IMG/VR virus record: IMGVR_UViG_3300023184_000081 | Location: 1-64,000 of that record | Reading direction: 5' to 3' (one strand) | Source of the DNA: a virus | Length of the DNA: 64,000 bases | Part shown: positions 18,991 to 29,692 of the stretch, in pieces | Numbering within the stretch: the first letter of the stretch is position 1 | How the letters are laid out: each line of letters begins with the position of its first letter | Notes under the pieces: model-generated | Databases searched by the model: none | What the model saw: only the letters and a program-made list of their open reading frames with translations | What the model was told of the DNA's origin: nothing | Translations under genes and position numbers: made by a program

Positions 18991-21492
18991 TTGAGCAAAT
19001 TCTATACATCAGCTATTCTATGGGGAGATAATGTTCTTGTTCGTGGGTATGATGACGACGGAGCATTCTCCAAAAAGATACACTACAAACCGAAACTATT
19101 CGCTCTAGCTAAAACTAAATCAGCTGCGACTTGGTCGAGCATTGAAGGACTACCTCTAGAACCAATAGAGTTTGATTCAGTCACTGAAGCTAAAAACTTC
19201 ATCGAAAATTATAAAAATGTTACAGGGTTTCCTATCTATGGATTTTCTAGATATGAATATGCGTGGCTGAATGAAGAATATCGAAATGAAGTTGTATACG
19301 ATGTTGATAGAATTCGTGTCGCTAATATCGATATCGAAGTATACTCTGGAAACGGATTTCCGAATGTAAGTTCTGCGAGTGAAGAAATTACTGCAATCAC
19401 ACTTAAGAAAGACAAAATTTTCTATGTGTTTGGCTGTAATAATTATGAGCCTGAACGTGACGATGTAAAATATATTCATTGTAAGAATGAAAGGCATCTA
19501 TTGAAGGCGTTCTTAGATGAATGGGAACGCTACGGCGCTCCCGATATTCTGACTGGATGGAATATATCTTTCTTCGATATTCCATATCTAGTCAATCGTA
19601 TTCGTCAAGTTCTTGATGAAAAAGAATGTAAACGTCTTTCGCCATGGAAGCATATAAATGAGAAGACGACTAAATTCATGGGAAAAGAACATACATTAAT
19701 AACAATCGTTGGTGTTGCAGTTCTTGATTATCTTGAGATGTATAAGAAGTTCACATACACTCAGCAAGAATCTTATCGTCTAGATCATATAGCATTCACT
19801 GAACTTGGTGAAAAGAAATTAGATTTTCACGAACTGGGTTACGAAACTCTTCATGAATTTTATGAAAACGATTTCGTTAATTACATCAATTATAATATTC
19901 GAGATGTTGAGCTTGTAGATAAACTAGACGATAAGATGAAACTTATTGAGATGGTTTTAACTCTAGCATATGACGCCAAAGTCAATATGGCTGATACTTT
20001 CACGCAAGTTAAGATGTGGGATGTTATCATTCATAATCATCTATATAAAAAGAATATTGCTATTCCGCTTTCTGGAGGAGGTCATAAGTCCGAACAATTT
20101 ATTGGTGCTTATGTTAAGGATCCACAAGTCGGATCGAGCGATTGGGTAATATCATTCGACTTGAATTCATTGTATCCACACTTGATCATGCAGTATAATA
20201 TTTCTCCAGAAACTATGCTGAAGGGTAAGAAGGCAGATATATCTATTGATCACTTCTTGAGTGATAAACCACTTCCTCTTATCGATGGATATTGTCTTGC
20301 ACCAAATGGAAGCTATTTTAAAAATGATAAGCAAGGATTCCTTCCTGAAATTATGGAAAGGCTCTATGCAGATAGAACGATCTATAAAGAGAAGATGATT
20401 GTTTCTCAAAAGAAATATGAAGTAGCAAAAACTCCAGAAGAGAAGAAAAAGTATTCTAAAGAAATATCACGTTTCAAGAATATGCAGTTGGCTAGAAAAG
20501 TGCAATTGAATTCTGCTTACGGCGCGATTGGTAATCAGTATTTTAGATTCTTTGACATAGATCACGCAACTGCAATTACCATGGGCGGACAGTTAGCTAT
20601 TCGTTGGGCAGAAAATCATTTGAACATCTATATAAATAGATTGTTAAAAACAAATGAAATCGATTATGTTATTGCATCCGATACGGACAGTCTATACATT
20701 ACTTTTGGTAGGCTTGTGCAGAGTGTTTTTAAAGATAGAGACAACATTTCAAAAGAAAGAATTGTCGAATTCTTGGATAGGATTGCACGCGAGAAATTTG
20801 AACCTGTTATTGATGATATTTACCAGAGACTTGCTGAAAGATGCAGTGCTTTCCAACAGAAAATGAACATGAAGCGAGAGGTTATCGCTGATAGAGGAAT
20901 ATGGACAGCTAAAAAAAGATATATTCTAAACGTGTATGATAGTGAGGGTGTTCGTTATGCAAAACCTAAACTGAAGATGATGGGCGTCGAAACAGTTAAA
21001 TCATCCACTCCGTCTAGTTGTAGAGCAGCATTGACAGAGTCTTTGAATATTATCATGAATAATAGCGAAGAACGAATGCAAGAATATATCAAAGAGTTTA
21101 AGAAGAAATTTAAAACTCTACCGTTTGAGGATATATCGTTTCCAAGAAGTGTTCAGAATGTTCAATTCTATTCTAAGGAAACGAAAGCTATACCGATTGC
21201 AGTCCGAGGTGCGATTACATTCAATAAGGCTCTCAAAGATTTTAAACTAACAAAAAAATATGAGTCGATTAAAGATGGCGAGAAGATAAAATACTGCTAT
21301 ATGAAGATGCCAAATCCATTGCATGAAAATATTTTATCTATTGTATCCATTCTTCCTAAAGAATTTAAAATCAATGCATATGTGGATTACGATTTGCAAT
21401 TCGAAAAGGCGTTTCTTGATCCATTGCGATCAATATTAAATGTGATTCACTGGAAAGAAGAACCGATTGCATCTCTAGAAAACTTTTTTTAA
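18991..21492 (+). CDS. gp43: Family B DNA polymerase gp43
   Basis: ExoI DIE, FDIPY, YNIRD, SFDLNSLYP, KVQLNSAYG, ASDTDS, KKRY. Confidence 0.98.
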   Translation: MSKFYTSAILWGDNVLVRGYDDDGAFSKKIHYKPKLFALAKTKSAATWSSIEGLPLEPIEFDSVTEAKNFIENYKNVTGFPIYGFSRYEYAWLNEEYRNEVVYDVDRIRVANIDIEVYSGNGFPNVSSASEEITAITLKKDKIFYVFGCNNYEPERDDVKYIHCKNERHLLKAFLDEWERYGAPDILTGWNISFFDIPYLVNRIRQVLDEKECKRLSPWKHINEKTTKFMGKEHTLITIVGVAVLDYLEMYKKFTYTQQESYRLDHIAFTELGEKKLDFHELGYETLHEFYENDFVNYINYNIRDVELVDKLDDKMKLIEMVLTLAYDAKVNMADTFTQVKMWDVIIHNHLYKKNIAIPLSGGGHKSEQFIGAYVKDPQVGSSDWVISFDLNSLYPHLIMQYNISPETMLKGKKADISIDHFLSDKPLPLIDGYCLAPNGSYFKNDKQGFLPEIMERLYADRTIYKEKMIVSQKKYEVAKTPEEKKKYSKEISRFKNMQLARKVQLNSAYGAIGNQYFRFFDIDHATAITMGGQLAIRWAENHLNIYINRLLKTNEIDYVIASDTDSLYITFGRLVQSVFKDRDNISKERIVEFLDRIAREKFEPVIDDIYQRLAERCSAFQQKMNMKREVIADRGIWTAKKRYILNVYDSEGVRYAKPKLKMMGVETVKSSTPSSCRAALTESLNIIMNNSEERMQEYIKEFKKKFKTLPFEDISFPRSVQNVQFYSKETKAIPIAVRGAITFNKALKDFKLTKKYESIKDGEKIKYCYMKMPNPLHENILSIVSILPKEFKINAYVDYDLQFEKAFLDPLRSILNVIHWKEEPIASLENFF

Positions 21493-21500
21493 GGATTAAT

Positions 21501-21872
21501 ATGACCACCCACGCAGTAGTTCCCGCAGAGTATCTTTCATTGGATTATGGATTTTCGGCTGTTGATGAAAGTGCTATAAAGCCAATTGAGTCCATATCGA
21601 CGACAGAACAAGCTATTCCTTCTCAGGATATTCAACGTCTTGAAGAAAAAATAGACGCGCTTACTTCACTAGTATTTCAATTGGAACAACGTGGAGACGA
21701 AAATATAACTGAAGCGCAGTTGAAAGATAAGATACACAAACTAGAACAGATTATCGTTCCGCTTCTAAATAATCTTTTAAAGACTGCAGATAAGGAATAT
21801 ATCTTATGGCCGAATCGTGGTCCAATAGTTCAAAAACAATTGGATGCAGTATTAGCTATTACAAGAGGCTAA
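21501..21872 (+). CDS. Conserved hypothetical protein
   Basis: DYGFSAVDE, PLLNNL, YILWPNR. Confidence 0.7.
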   Translation: MTTHAVVPAEYLSLDYGFSAVDESAIKPIESISTTEQAIPSQDIQRLEEKIDALTSLVFQLEQRGDENITEAQLKDKIHKLEQIIVPLLNNLLKTADKEYILWPNRGPIVQKQLDAVLAITRG

Positions 21873-22691
21873 ATGATTGATAAGTTACTATGTAATGAGA
21901 TACAGAAAAATTCTAAATCAGGATCTGTAGCTGTTTTAATGTCTGGTGGTGTTGATAGTATTTCTTGCGCTTTCTCTGCACATAGATTAGGTAAGAAAGT
22001 TCATGTGTATACGTTTCATTTAGAAAACGATCCTTCATATGATGCAATAAAGGCTATTGAAGTTGCAAAGATCATGAATTGGGATTATACTTTAACTGAA
22101 GTTCCTACTAAAAATCTCGAGAGTGATTTTATACATCTAGCTACAGATATCAAATGCAAAAAGAAGACTCATTTTGAATGCACATTTCCATTTCTATATG
22201 TATATCCGAAGATAAAAGAATCTGAGGTAATTTCTGGAATTGCAGCTGATGGTCATTATGGAGTTTCTAAGAAAGCGTGTATTCATTACAAATCACCAAA
22301 ATGTAAATTCGATGAATTCCGTATAGATTATTTTTCACAAAAAAATCCTGCAGGATTGATTCAACAAAAAATTCTAGCTAAACAATATGGTAAGAAATTC
22401 ATTGCTCCTTATTTAGAATCAAATGTAATTGATTTCTTTCGACGGTATGATTGGTATGAATTGAATAAACCATTTCAAAAACATCATGTAGTGAATTCTT
22501 TTCCTGAATTTAAAGAAATAGGTAAGTTTAAGAAACATATTAATCTTCAATTAGGTTCAAACATAGATAAATTATTTGAAACTCTTTTAGAAAACGATAG
22601 AATCAATTTCAAGAAACGAATTCGAGTTATGGATATATGTCGCGATTGGAGTAAATTAGGTAAAAGTTTATATGAAGATCAAAATCAATAA
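21873..22691 (+). CDS. Asparagine-synthetase-like ATP-dependent amide ligase (no glutaminase domain)
   Basis: PP-loop VLMSGGVDS, SGIAADGHYG (cf. GEGADE.FGGY), APYL. Confidence 0.75.
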   Translation: MIDKLLCNEIQKNSKSGSVAVLMSGGVDSISCAFSAHRLGKKVHVYTFHLENDPSYDAIKAIEVAKIMNWDYTLTEVPTKNLESDFIHLATDIKCKKKTHFECTFPFLYVYPKIKESEVISGIAADGHYGVSKKACIHYKSPKCKFDEFRIDYFSQKNPAGLIQQKILAKQYGKKFIAPYLESNVIDFFRRYDWYELNKPFQKHHVVNSFPEFKEIGKFKKHINLQLGSNIDKLFETLLENDRINFKKRIRVMDICRDWSKLGKSLYEDQNQ

Positions 22692-23559
22692 AGACAGATC
22701 ATTAGCAATTTTTACGGGGATTACACTTTCATTTGTATCCGCGTGGTATGCCATAACTGGATTAGCTGCTATATTTTCTGCATCGTTTTGGCCAATCATT
22801 ATAATGGGAACTACTCTAGAGATAGGTAAAATTATTACAGCTTCTTATCTATACAGAAACTGGAGTATATTACCCTTTCTGATGAAAACTTATTTTTCTA
22901 TTGCAGTTATTATATTGATGTTTATCACGAGTATGGGTGTTTTCGGATTTCTTTCTAAAGCACATATAGATCAGAATCAATCTTCAGGTGACGTTCAATC
23001 TAAGATAGAAATGATAGACTCTAAGATAGAAAGAGAAAAGAGTCGGATAGATACTAGTGCGCTCGCCCTCAAACAATTAGATTCTGCAGTCAATAAAATC
23101 ATTTCAGATAAAGATGCAGAGCAAGGATTACGTTATAGAAAGAGTCAAGAAAAAGAACGGTTATCAATAAACAAAGAAATTAAAGATGCACAAAAAACTA
23201 TTGATGAACTTCAAACAGAAAAGATGCCACTAGCAAAAGAGATGCGTGCTGCCGAAAAAGAAGTCGGACCTATTCGTTATGTAGCCGAATTAATCTACGG
23301 AGAATCTAACAAAGAAATATTAGAGAAAGCAGTGCGATTTATGATCATCGCTTTGGTTTTAGTATTAGACCCATTGGCTTTATTACTCATAGTTTCCGCC
23401 AATATTAATTATTCGCAGAAATCCAAACCGACAGATATTTCTAATAAATATTCTATGGAAGCTCGGAAGTGGTTTAAGAGTAACGCAAATGCAGTAGCAA
23501 CAGATGGTAAGAATTGGATGGAAATGCCAGACGTAACTGTAACAAAAACAAAAAAATAA
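22672..23559 (+). CDS. Membrane protein with coiled coil
   Basis: Three N-terminal TMs, coiled coil, EVGPIRY, C-terminal TM with DPLA. Confidence 0.7.
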   Translation: MKIKINKDRSLAIFTGITLSFVSAWYAITGLAAIFSASFWPIIIMGTTLEIGKIITASYLYRNWSILPFLMKTYFSIAVIILMFITSMGVFGFLSKAHIDQNQSSGDVQSKIEMIDSKIEREKSRIDTSALALKQLDSAVNKIISDKDAEQGLRYRKSQEKERLSINKEIKDAQKTIDELQTEKMPLAKEMRAAEKEVGPIRYVAELIYGESNKEILEKAVRFMIIALVLVLDPLALLLIVSANINYSQKSKPTDISNKYSMEARKWFKSNANAVATDGKNWMEMPDVTVTKTKK

Positions 23560-23562
23560 GCC

Positions 23563-23591
23563 TTTACATATCTCGAAATATAGTTTATAAT
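23563..23591 (+). promoter_or_regulatory. Sigma70-type promoter
   Basis: TTTACA-N17-TATAAT. Confidence 0.75.
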
Positions 23592-23614
23592 ATACTTTAT
23601 ACAAGGAGTTTCAT

Positions 23615-24724
23615 ATGTCGAAATACGATTTTATCAAAAACATGATTAAGGATCTTGGCGATGTTGATACACATTTGGCGGACGATGGTTTACATTCCTC
23701 AGAATATTCTGGAGCTATCGATACTGGCTCTTATATTCTTAATGCTGCACTAACTGGAAGCATCTACGGCGGAGTTCCAAATAATAAGATCACCGCATTC
23801 GCAGGTGAAAGTGCTACAGGAAAAACATTTTTCGTTCTAGGAATTGCTAAAAGGTTTCTGGACGATAATAAAGATGCAGCAATTTTCTACTATGACACAG
23901 AAGCTGCTGTTACTAAACAGATGATGCTTGATCGCGGGATTGATACGAAACGAGTTATCATTGTTGAAACAGATACCATTCAGAATTTTAGAACTCATGC
24001 GATTAAAGTCCTAGATAATTATGCTAAGATCTCGAAGGATGATCGTCCTCCAATGCTTATGATTCTAGATTCCTTTGGTATGTTGTCGAGCACGAAAGAA
24101 ATTTCTGATTCTACTGAAGGTTCAGAAACCAAAGATATGACCAAAGCTGCTTTAGCTAAAGCAACCTTTCGAGTGCTTTCATTGAAGCTGGCAAAAATTA
24201 ATGTTCCTCTGATCATCACCAATCACGTCTATGCAGCTATCGGTTCTTTCTTTCCTACAAATGAAATTTCTGGCGGATCCGGATTGAAATACGCAGCATC
24301 ACAGATTGTAATGCTGTCAAAGAAAAAAGATAAAGAGGGAACTGAAGTCGTAGGCAATATCATTCACTGCAAGATGCACAAGAGTCGAATGACAAAAGAA
24401 AATAAGATGGTTGATGTTAAACTATCTTATTCTAAAGGTCTAGATCGCTATTATGGATTGTTGGATCTTGCTGAAAAATACGGTATCATTAAGAAGGTCA
24501 GCACTCGTTACGAACTTCCAGATGGAACTAAAGTTTTTGGTAAAACAATTAATGACGAACCAGAAAAATACTTTACAAAAGATCTCCTTGATCAATTAGA
24601 AGTTGCAGCTGCTCGTGAATTTAAATATGGACAAGAAACTAAGTCCGACGATGGATCAATTGAAACTACACAGAAGAAAGTAAATGAGAATCGAATCGAC
24701 GATACTGAATCATCTGTTGCATGA
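23615..24724 (+). CDS. uvsX: RecA-like recombinase UvsX
   Basis: DTGSY, GESATGKT, YYDTE, ILDS, SGGSG. Confidence 0.95.
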   Translation: MSKYDFIKNMIKDLGDVDTHLADDGLHSSEYSGAIDTGSYILNAALTGSIYGGVPNNKITAFAGESATGKTFFVLGIAKRFLDDNKDAAIFYYDTEAAVTKQMMLDRGIDTKRVIIVETDTIQNFRTHAIKVLDNYAKISKDDRPPMLMILDSFGMLSSTKEISDSTEGSETKDMTKAALAKATFRVLSLKLAKINVPLIITNHVYAAIGSFFPTNEISGGSGLKYAASQIVMLSKKKDKEGTEVVGNIIHCKMHKSRMTKENKMVDVKLSYSKGLDRYYGLLDLAEKYGIIKKVSTRYELPDGTKVFGKTINDEPEKYFTKDLLDQLEVAAAREFKYGQETKSDDGSIETTQKKVNENRIDDTESSVA

Positions 24725-26099
24725 TGATAGCTATGCACGAAAAGTTATTCCCTTCCTTAAAGAAAAGTATTTTGTAGATTCAAGCGAAAGGCTCGTTTTC
24801 AAACAGATCGAGTCTTTCGTTTCAAAATATAATTCACTGCCAACAAAAGAAGCACTTTCAATTGAGTTAAATAATTTAATCGGAGTTGGTGAGTCTGAAC
24901 ATAAGCAATCTTCAGAACTTATCGACAGCTTAACTCCTCCAGAAAAGGTTGACGAAACTTGGTTGCTGAATACAACTGAGCAGTTCTGTCAGGAGAAAGC
25001 TGTATACAATGCCATTATGGATAGTATTCATATTCTGGATGGAAAGGAAAAGCATCAGGATAAAGGTAATATCCCACAGATATTGACTGATGCTCTTGCC
25101 ATCTCTTTCGATAATCATATTGGTCATGATTTTCTAGAGGACTTTGCAGAGCGATATGATTTTTATCATCGCGTTGAAGAGAAAGTTCTTTTCGATTTAG
25201 ATATGATGAATAAGATAACTCGCGGCGGATTTTCTAAGAAGTCATTGAACATTGTCATGGCTGGAACTGGCGTTGGTAAAACTCTAGCGATGTGTCATTT
25301 CGCAGCAGCAAATATGATGCTCGGAAAGAATGTTCTTTATATCACCATGGAAATGGCTGAAGAAAAGATTGCGGAACGTATTGATGCGAACCTTTTGAAT
25401 GTTGCATGTGAAGATCTAGCTAATCTTTCCAAAGATCTGTATGAAACAAAAGTTTCTAAGGTCCGCGCAAAAACTGTTGGAAAACTCATCATCAAGGAAT
25501 ATCCAACAGCAACTGCTCACGTTGGTCATTTCCGCCATCTACTCAATGAGCTAAATCTGAAGCGAACATTCAAACCAGATATTATCTATCTAGATTATCT
25601 GAATATCGCTATGTCTTCGCGAGTTAAACCTGGAGCAAATATAAATAGCTACACTTATATTAAATCTATCGCGGAAGAATTGAGAGGATTGGCAGTTGAA
25701 TTTAATGTTCCTATCGTCAGCGCAACACAAACAACTCGATCTGGTTTCAGTAACTCAGATCCGGATTTAACTGATACCTCAGAATCCTTTGGTCTCCCAG
25801 CCACAGCAGATTTCATGATAGCACTTATATCATCGGATGAACTGCAAAATTTAAATCAAATAATGATTAAGCAATTAAAAAATCGATACAATGATCTTAC
25901 ACTTCATTCTAAGTTCGTTGTCGGTATTGATAGATCTAAGTTTCGATTATATGATGTAGAGCAATCAGCACAGGAAGATCTTATCGTCGATAAGCCAGCG
26001 TTCGATAAGAGTAAGTTTGGGTCGCGTGCGAATGAAGAAGATTCCATGCGTTGGGCTACTAAAAAAATGGGTCGTAAAGACTTTAGCGGATTTAAATAG
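24684..26099 (+). CDS. gp41: Replicative DNA helicase gp41
   Basis: AGTGVGKT, ITMEMAEE, IIKEYPT, DYLNI, SATQTTR, SESFGLPATAD, KQLKNRY. Confidence 0.96.
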   Translation: MRIESTILNHLLHDDSYARKVIPFLKEKYFVDSSERLVFKQIESFVSKYNSLPTKEALSIELNNLIGVGESEHKQSSELIDSLTPPEKVDETWLLNTTEQFCQEKAVYNAIMDSIHILDGKEKHQDKGNIPQILTDALAISFDNHIGHDFLEDFAERYDFYHRVEEKVLFDLDMMNKITRGGFSKKSLNIVMAGTGVGKTLAMCHFAAANMMLGKNVLYITMEMAEEKIAERIDANLLNVACEDLANLSKDLYETKVSKVRAKTVGKLIIKEYPTATAHVGHFRHLLNELNLKRTFKPDIIYLDYLNIAMSSRVKPGANINSYTYIKSIAEELRGLAVEFNVPIVSATQTTRSGFSNSDPDLTDTSESFGLPATADFMIALISSDELQNLNQIMIKQLKNRYNDLTLHSKFVVGIDRSKFRLYDVEQSAQEDLIVDKPAFDKSKFGSRANEEDSMRWATKKMGRKDFSGFK

Positions 26100-26107
26100 G
26101 GTGTAAT

Positions 26108-26275
26108 ATGGGAAAAACTTGGAGAAAAGAACGCTACGAATCAGACGAAAATTCCAATCGTAGTTTTGCTAAAAGCCAAAAAAGGCATTGGGTTGAGCAA
26201 GAAATTATTGAGGAATTTGGATATGAGGCATCAGAAGGCGAAGACGAAGACGAAGAAGTGAAGAATAATAAATAG
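26108..26275 (+). CDS. Small hypothetical protein (55 aa, acidic tail)
   Basis: MGKTWRKERY…EDEDEEVKNNK; fills the gap after gp41, below ORF-track cutoff. Confidence 0.5.
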   Translation: MGKTWRKERYESDENSNRSFAKSQKRHWVEQEIIEEFGYEASEGEDEDEEVKNNK

Positions 26276-26299
26276 TGATATATCTTCATGGAGAACTAG

Positions 26300-26785
26300 A
26301 TGAGGAATTCGATATTATCAGTGCGAAATGCTCCGAAAGGAACTCTAAAGCAATTTAGATCAGCTACGCGATCGATATCTGCTCATCTTCTTGGTAGTAG
26401 ACTTTCCGAATTAATATCTATACATCTAATATTCTGTAAGGATCTCTGTAAGAAAGAGTTCGTTTATGGAGATTGTGGCTGGGAAGACGATAGCTGTCCG
26501 CCAAGAATGTTTACGATACGCATAGATTCTGGTATGACGAGGTTCCAACAATTTATTACATTAAGCCACGAATTGGTTCATATGAAACAATTCGCTAAAG
26601 GTGAGCTTTATGATTACACTTATCGTCCAGAAATTACTAGATGGAAACGAAGAAAAATTAATGTAGAGAAAACAGATTATCAAGATTTGCCTTGGGAAAA
26701 AGAAGCATACAAACTGCAAAGAAATTTAATTATTTCGTGGGCTAAAGAAACAGGGAATATGAAATTCATACACAAGAAAAAATAG
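26300..26785 (+). CDS. HExxH metallopeptidase-like protein
   Basis: TLSHELVHMKQ, PWEKEA. Confidence 0.75.
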   Translation: MRNSILSVRNAPKGTLKQFRSATRSISAHLLGSRLSELISIHLIFCKDLCKKEFVYGDCGWEDDSCPPRMFTIRIDSGMTRFQQFITLSHELVHMKQFAKGELYDYTYRPEITRWKRRKINVEKTDYQDLPWEKEAYKLQRNLIISWAKETGNMKFIHKKK

Positions 26786-26797
26786 CCCTTTTGGTAT

Positions 26798-26805
26798 TAT
26801 AAATA
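26798..26805 (+). promoter_or_regulatory. T4-type late promoter
   Basis: TATAAATA 5 nt before ATG. Confidence 0.7.
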
Positions 26806-26810
26806 AGTGT

Positions 26811-27422
26811 ATGTTAAAATTCACAGAATTCATCGCAGAAGATATGAGAGCAAGTTCGCTTTCTATTTTCGATATAGATGACACTCTCTTTCGCACAACA
26901 ACAAAAGTGTTCGTTGTAAAAGGTGATAGACGTGTTAAAACATTAACACCAGCAGAATTTAATGTCTACAAATTAAAATCTGGAGAAGAATTCGACTTCT
27001 CCGAGTTTCGTTCGGCTGAAGTATTTAACGCCACTGCGCGTCCTGTCGATACTGTATTTAAAACAGCAAAGAAGATGCTGAGTAAATTCAGAGACAGTCC
27101 TCAGAAAAAAATCATTATCATCACAGCTAGAGCTGATCTAGATGATAAAAAACTATTCCTAGCTACATTTAAGAAATATGGATTCGATATCAATCGTGTT
27201 CATGTTGAACGTGCAGGCAATAGAAGTATACCGGGTCCGGCTGCAAAAGCACAGATCACTTCTGAGTATCTACAAAAAGGAAATTACACTGTTGCAAGAA
27301 TGTTTGATGACGCTGTAAAAAATCTTCAATCATTCCTTGCGCTCAAAAGAGAATTTCCTAAAGTTAATTTCGAAGCATTCTTGATACATGAGAATGGTTC
27401 AATTACTAGATACGGAGGATAG
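26811..27422 (+). CDS. HAD-superfamily phosphatase-like protein with capsid-targeting-like N-terminus
   Basis: FDIDDTL, ITAR, K, FDD motifs; starts MLKFTEFIAE. Confidence 0.75.
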   Translation: MLKFTEFIAEDMRASSLSIFDIDDTLFRTTTKVFVVKGDRRVKTLTPAEFNVYKLKSGEEFDFSEFRSAEVFNATARPVDTVFKTAKKMLSKFRDSPQKKIIIITARADLDDKKLFLATFKKYGFDINRVHVERAGNRSIPGPAAKAQITSEYLQKGNYTVARMFDDAVKNLQSFLALKREFPKVNFEAFLIHENGSITRYGG

Positions 27423-27426
27423 GATA

Positions 27427-28483
27427 ATGGCAAAACTCAACGAAGGAGATGTGATTGAAGGCATCTTTACAATTGCGTTAAGTCTATATCTTGCTTATGG
27501 AAAAGTTGATAAAATTAAATTAAATAAAATCCGTACTGAAATAGACACAAAGATGTTTAATACGGGTCGTTTCAAATACACAGTTGTAAAAGAATATGTT
27601 CGTCAAAGAGGAAAAAATCCTCCAGATATTTTCAATGTCAATTTCGAAATGAGATTAAAATTTGAATCAACCGTTGGTGCATTCGATAAAGAATATAATC
27701 TTTTATATAAATCATCTAAAGAAATTGGTAACTTGGATAAAAAGATAGATCAATTAATTAACTCTTTTAAAACAGCAAATTTTGCAAAAAAAGCAGACGC
27801 GGCAGTAGATCATTTTTTAAATAATAATAAAGGTGAAGTTGTCACATTTACCGTTATCGCGGATGGAATTGCAGGAGAATCAAGCGGCGGGGGTGTGAAG
27901 GGTGACGTTACACTAGAAGTTTATGCCACAGGTAAAAATTCTAATAAAAAAATAATATCTGGATCTTTACCATTTTCACTTAAATCTGAAAGCGTTACTG
28001 TTGCAAATTTATCTCCCTATAATGGCATGTTAGATTTTGCAGAGGCTATGCAAATTAATTGGAATGCTAAAGATGATTATATTAGACTAAAAACACCATT
28101 TAATGGTCCAATTGAGCAAGCAGCTAAATTTAAATTAATAGCCTCAATGTATAATGAATTAAAAACAGAAATAATTAAAAAAATCAAATGATTCGAATTT
28201 CACAAAAACAGCATTTTCTTTTTTAAAGAAAAGTATTTTTGGTTCTGATCTTGCAAATGTTATTGACATTCAATCAGGAACAGTAAAAGAAATTACAGTA
28301 GAATATGTGAATGTTCTTGAAAAAACGATAGAATTGAGTGTTGAAGCAAAAGGAAATAATTTAGTATTTTCGGATAAGAAAAATAATATTTCTATTTTTC
28401 AAATAAGAACAAAACTAAGACCGCCTCCAGCTAATGAAGCAAAATTCTATTTAGAAGTTGGAAAGGGTATTTATTCAAAATAG
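27427..28483 (+). pseudogene. PD-(D/E)xK nuclease-like gene split by a frameshift at an A7 run
   Basis: KGDV…SLK motif; ORF stops at 28191, but removing one A at 28177-28183 reads on ~100 codons (…FQIRTK…YLEVGKGIYSK) to TAG at 28483. Confidence 0.65.
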
Positions 28484-28550
28484 AAAAACACTAAATAGAT
28501 CATGATTAACCGCAGTTAGGCTTAGGTAAACCTGCGAAAAAGGATATAAT

Positions 28551-29690
28551 ATGCTAAGATTTACTAGTTTCCTCGCTGAAGCAGCACAACAGCGGGGAAT
28601 ATTACATATAGAGCACCCATCCGATGGAACATTCGACGGTCCAGACGCTGCTCGTAACGCTCTCAATACTATCAAGGGCGTTGCTTCTGGCAAAACTCCA
28701 ATCACCCGTAAGATCGACGATAAGATGTCTTATCAAGCGATTCGAGACAAAAATGGTCGCGTTGGAGTTAAATACAAAGGCGCAGGATCACATTACAATT
28801 TCTCTCATGGAGATATCGATAAGCAACACGGCCATAAGCCATATCTTGCTCATCCGCTTCATGCTCTTCTAAGCCACGTTGGAAAAGTTCTTCCAAAAGG
28901 TCATGGTGAATATCAGGGTGGCTTTATGAGCACTCCAGAAACGAGAGCAACGTCTGGTGGAAAAATTTCTCATACACCAAACACTCTGAAATACGAAACT
29001 GATGCTAAATCTGAAGAAGGTAAAAAACTTAAGAAGTCTAAAGTAAGCACAGTCATTCACACAAAAATAGATGCAGAAGGTCGTGCTCACCCAATTACCG
29101 AGTCGATTGATATTACAGAAGCCAAAGGTTTTGGTAGTCATCCAGATGTTCATCAGGTAGATCACATCGTTGGAAAAGATGAGCGCAAGTTATCACCAGA
29201 ACATCAAAAAGCTGTAGACCATCACGTCAAAGAAGCTGAGAAGTTAATGAAGGATCACACATATGGTCATCTGGCTGGTCATGAAGGTCATCTAAGAACA
29301 TACATAAATTCAACTGTTCGTTCGGGAGATACTCCTAGCGTCTCAGGATACAAAGCTCATTTGGCTGCTCATCACGATAAGCAGATCGCTGCAGTTAAGA
29401 TGGAAAAAACAAAGGCTGCTAAAACAGGCGAGAAAAATAATTCTCTAGCGCATGTAGATAAAAATAAAAGCGCGTTTCAACGTTCCTTTGATATTCATCA
29501 TCACGTTCAACAAGCTACTAATCATTTAGCTAGAGGATTAGACGCAGCATCTAAACATCCATTCGAAACTTCTATTGAAGGAAACAAAAGCGGTGGTGAA
29601 GGCTATGTAGCGAATGGACTTAAGGTTGTTGATCGTGCAGGATTCTCAGCAGCCAATTTAAAAGCGTCTGATAAGTTTAAAAAAGGTTAA
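28551..29690 (+). CDS. His-rich conserved T4-like protein (DUF6267-like, ligase-like motifs)
   Basis: HIEHP.D, KIDD, YQG, PNTLKY, EGYV, K.VDR..FS..N; starts MLRFTSFLAE. Confidence 0.6.
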   Translation: MLRFTSFLAEAAQQRGILHIEHPSDGTFDGPDAARNALNTIKGVASGKTPITRKIDDKMSYQAIRDKNGRVGVKYKGAGSHYNFSHGDIDKQHGHKPYLAHPLHALLSHVGKVLPKGHGEYQGGFMSTPETRATSGGKISHTPNTLKYETDAKSEEGKKLKKSKVSTVIHTKIDAEGRAHPITESIDITEAKGFGSHPDVHQVDHIVGKDERKLSPEHQKAVDHHVKEAEKLMKDHTYGHLAGHEGHLRTYINSTVRSGDTPSVSGYKAHLAAHHDKQIAAVKMEKTKAAKTGEKNNSLAHVDKNKSAFQRSFDIHHHVQQATNHLARGLDAASKHPFETSIEGNKSGGEGYVANGLKVVDRAGFSAANLKASDKFKKG

Positions 29691-29692
29691 AA

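Noticed and set aside
21873-22691. QueC / 7-deazaguanine pathway assignment for the SGGVDS protein
   Set aside because: No QueC C-terminal Cys zinc cluster, and no folE, queD, queE or dpdA in the window
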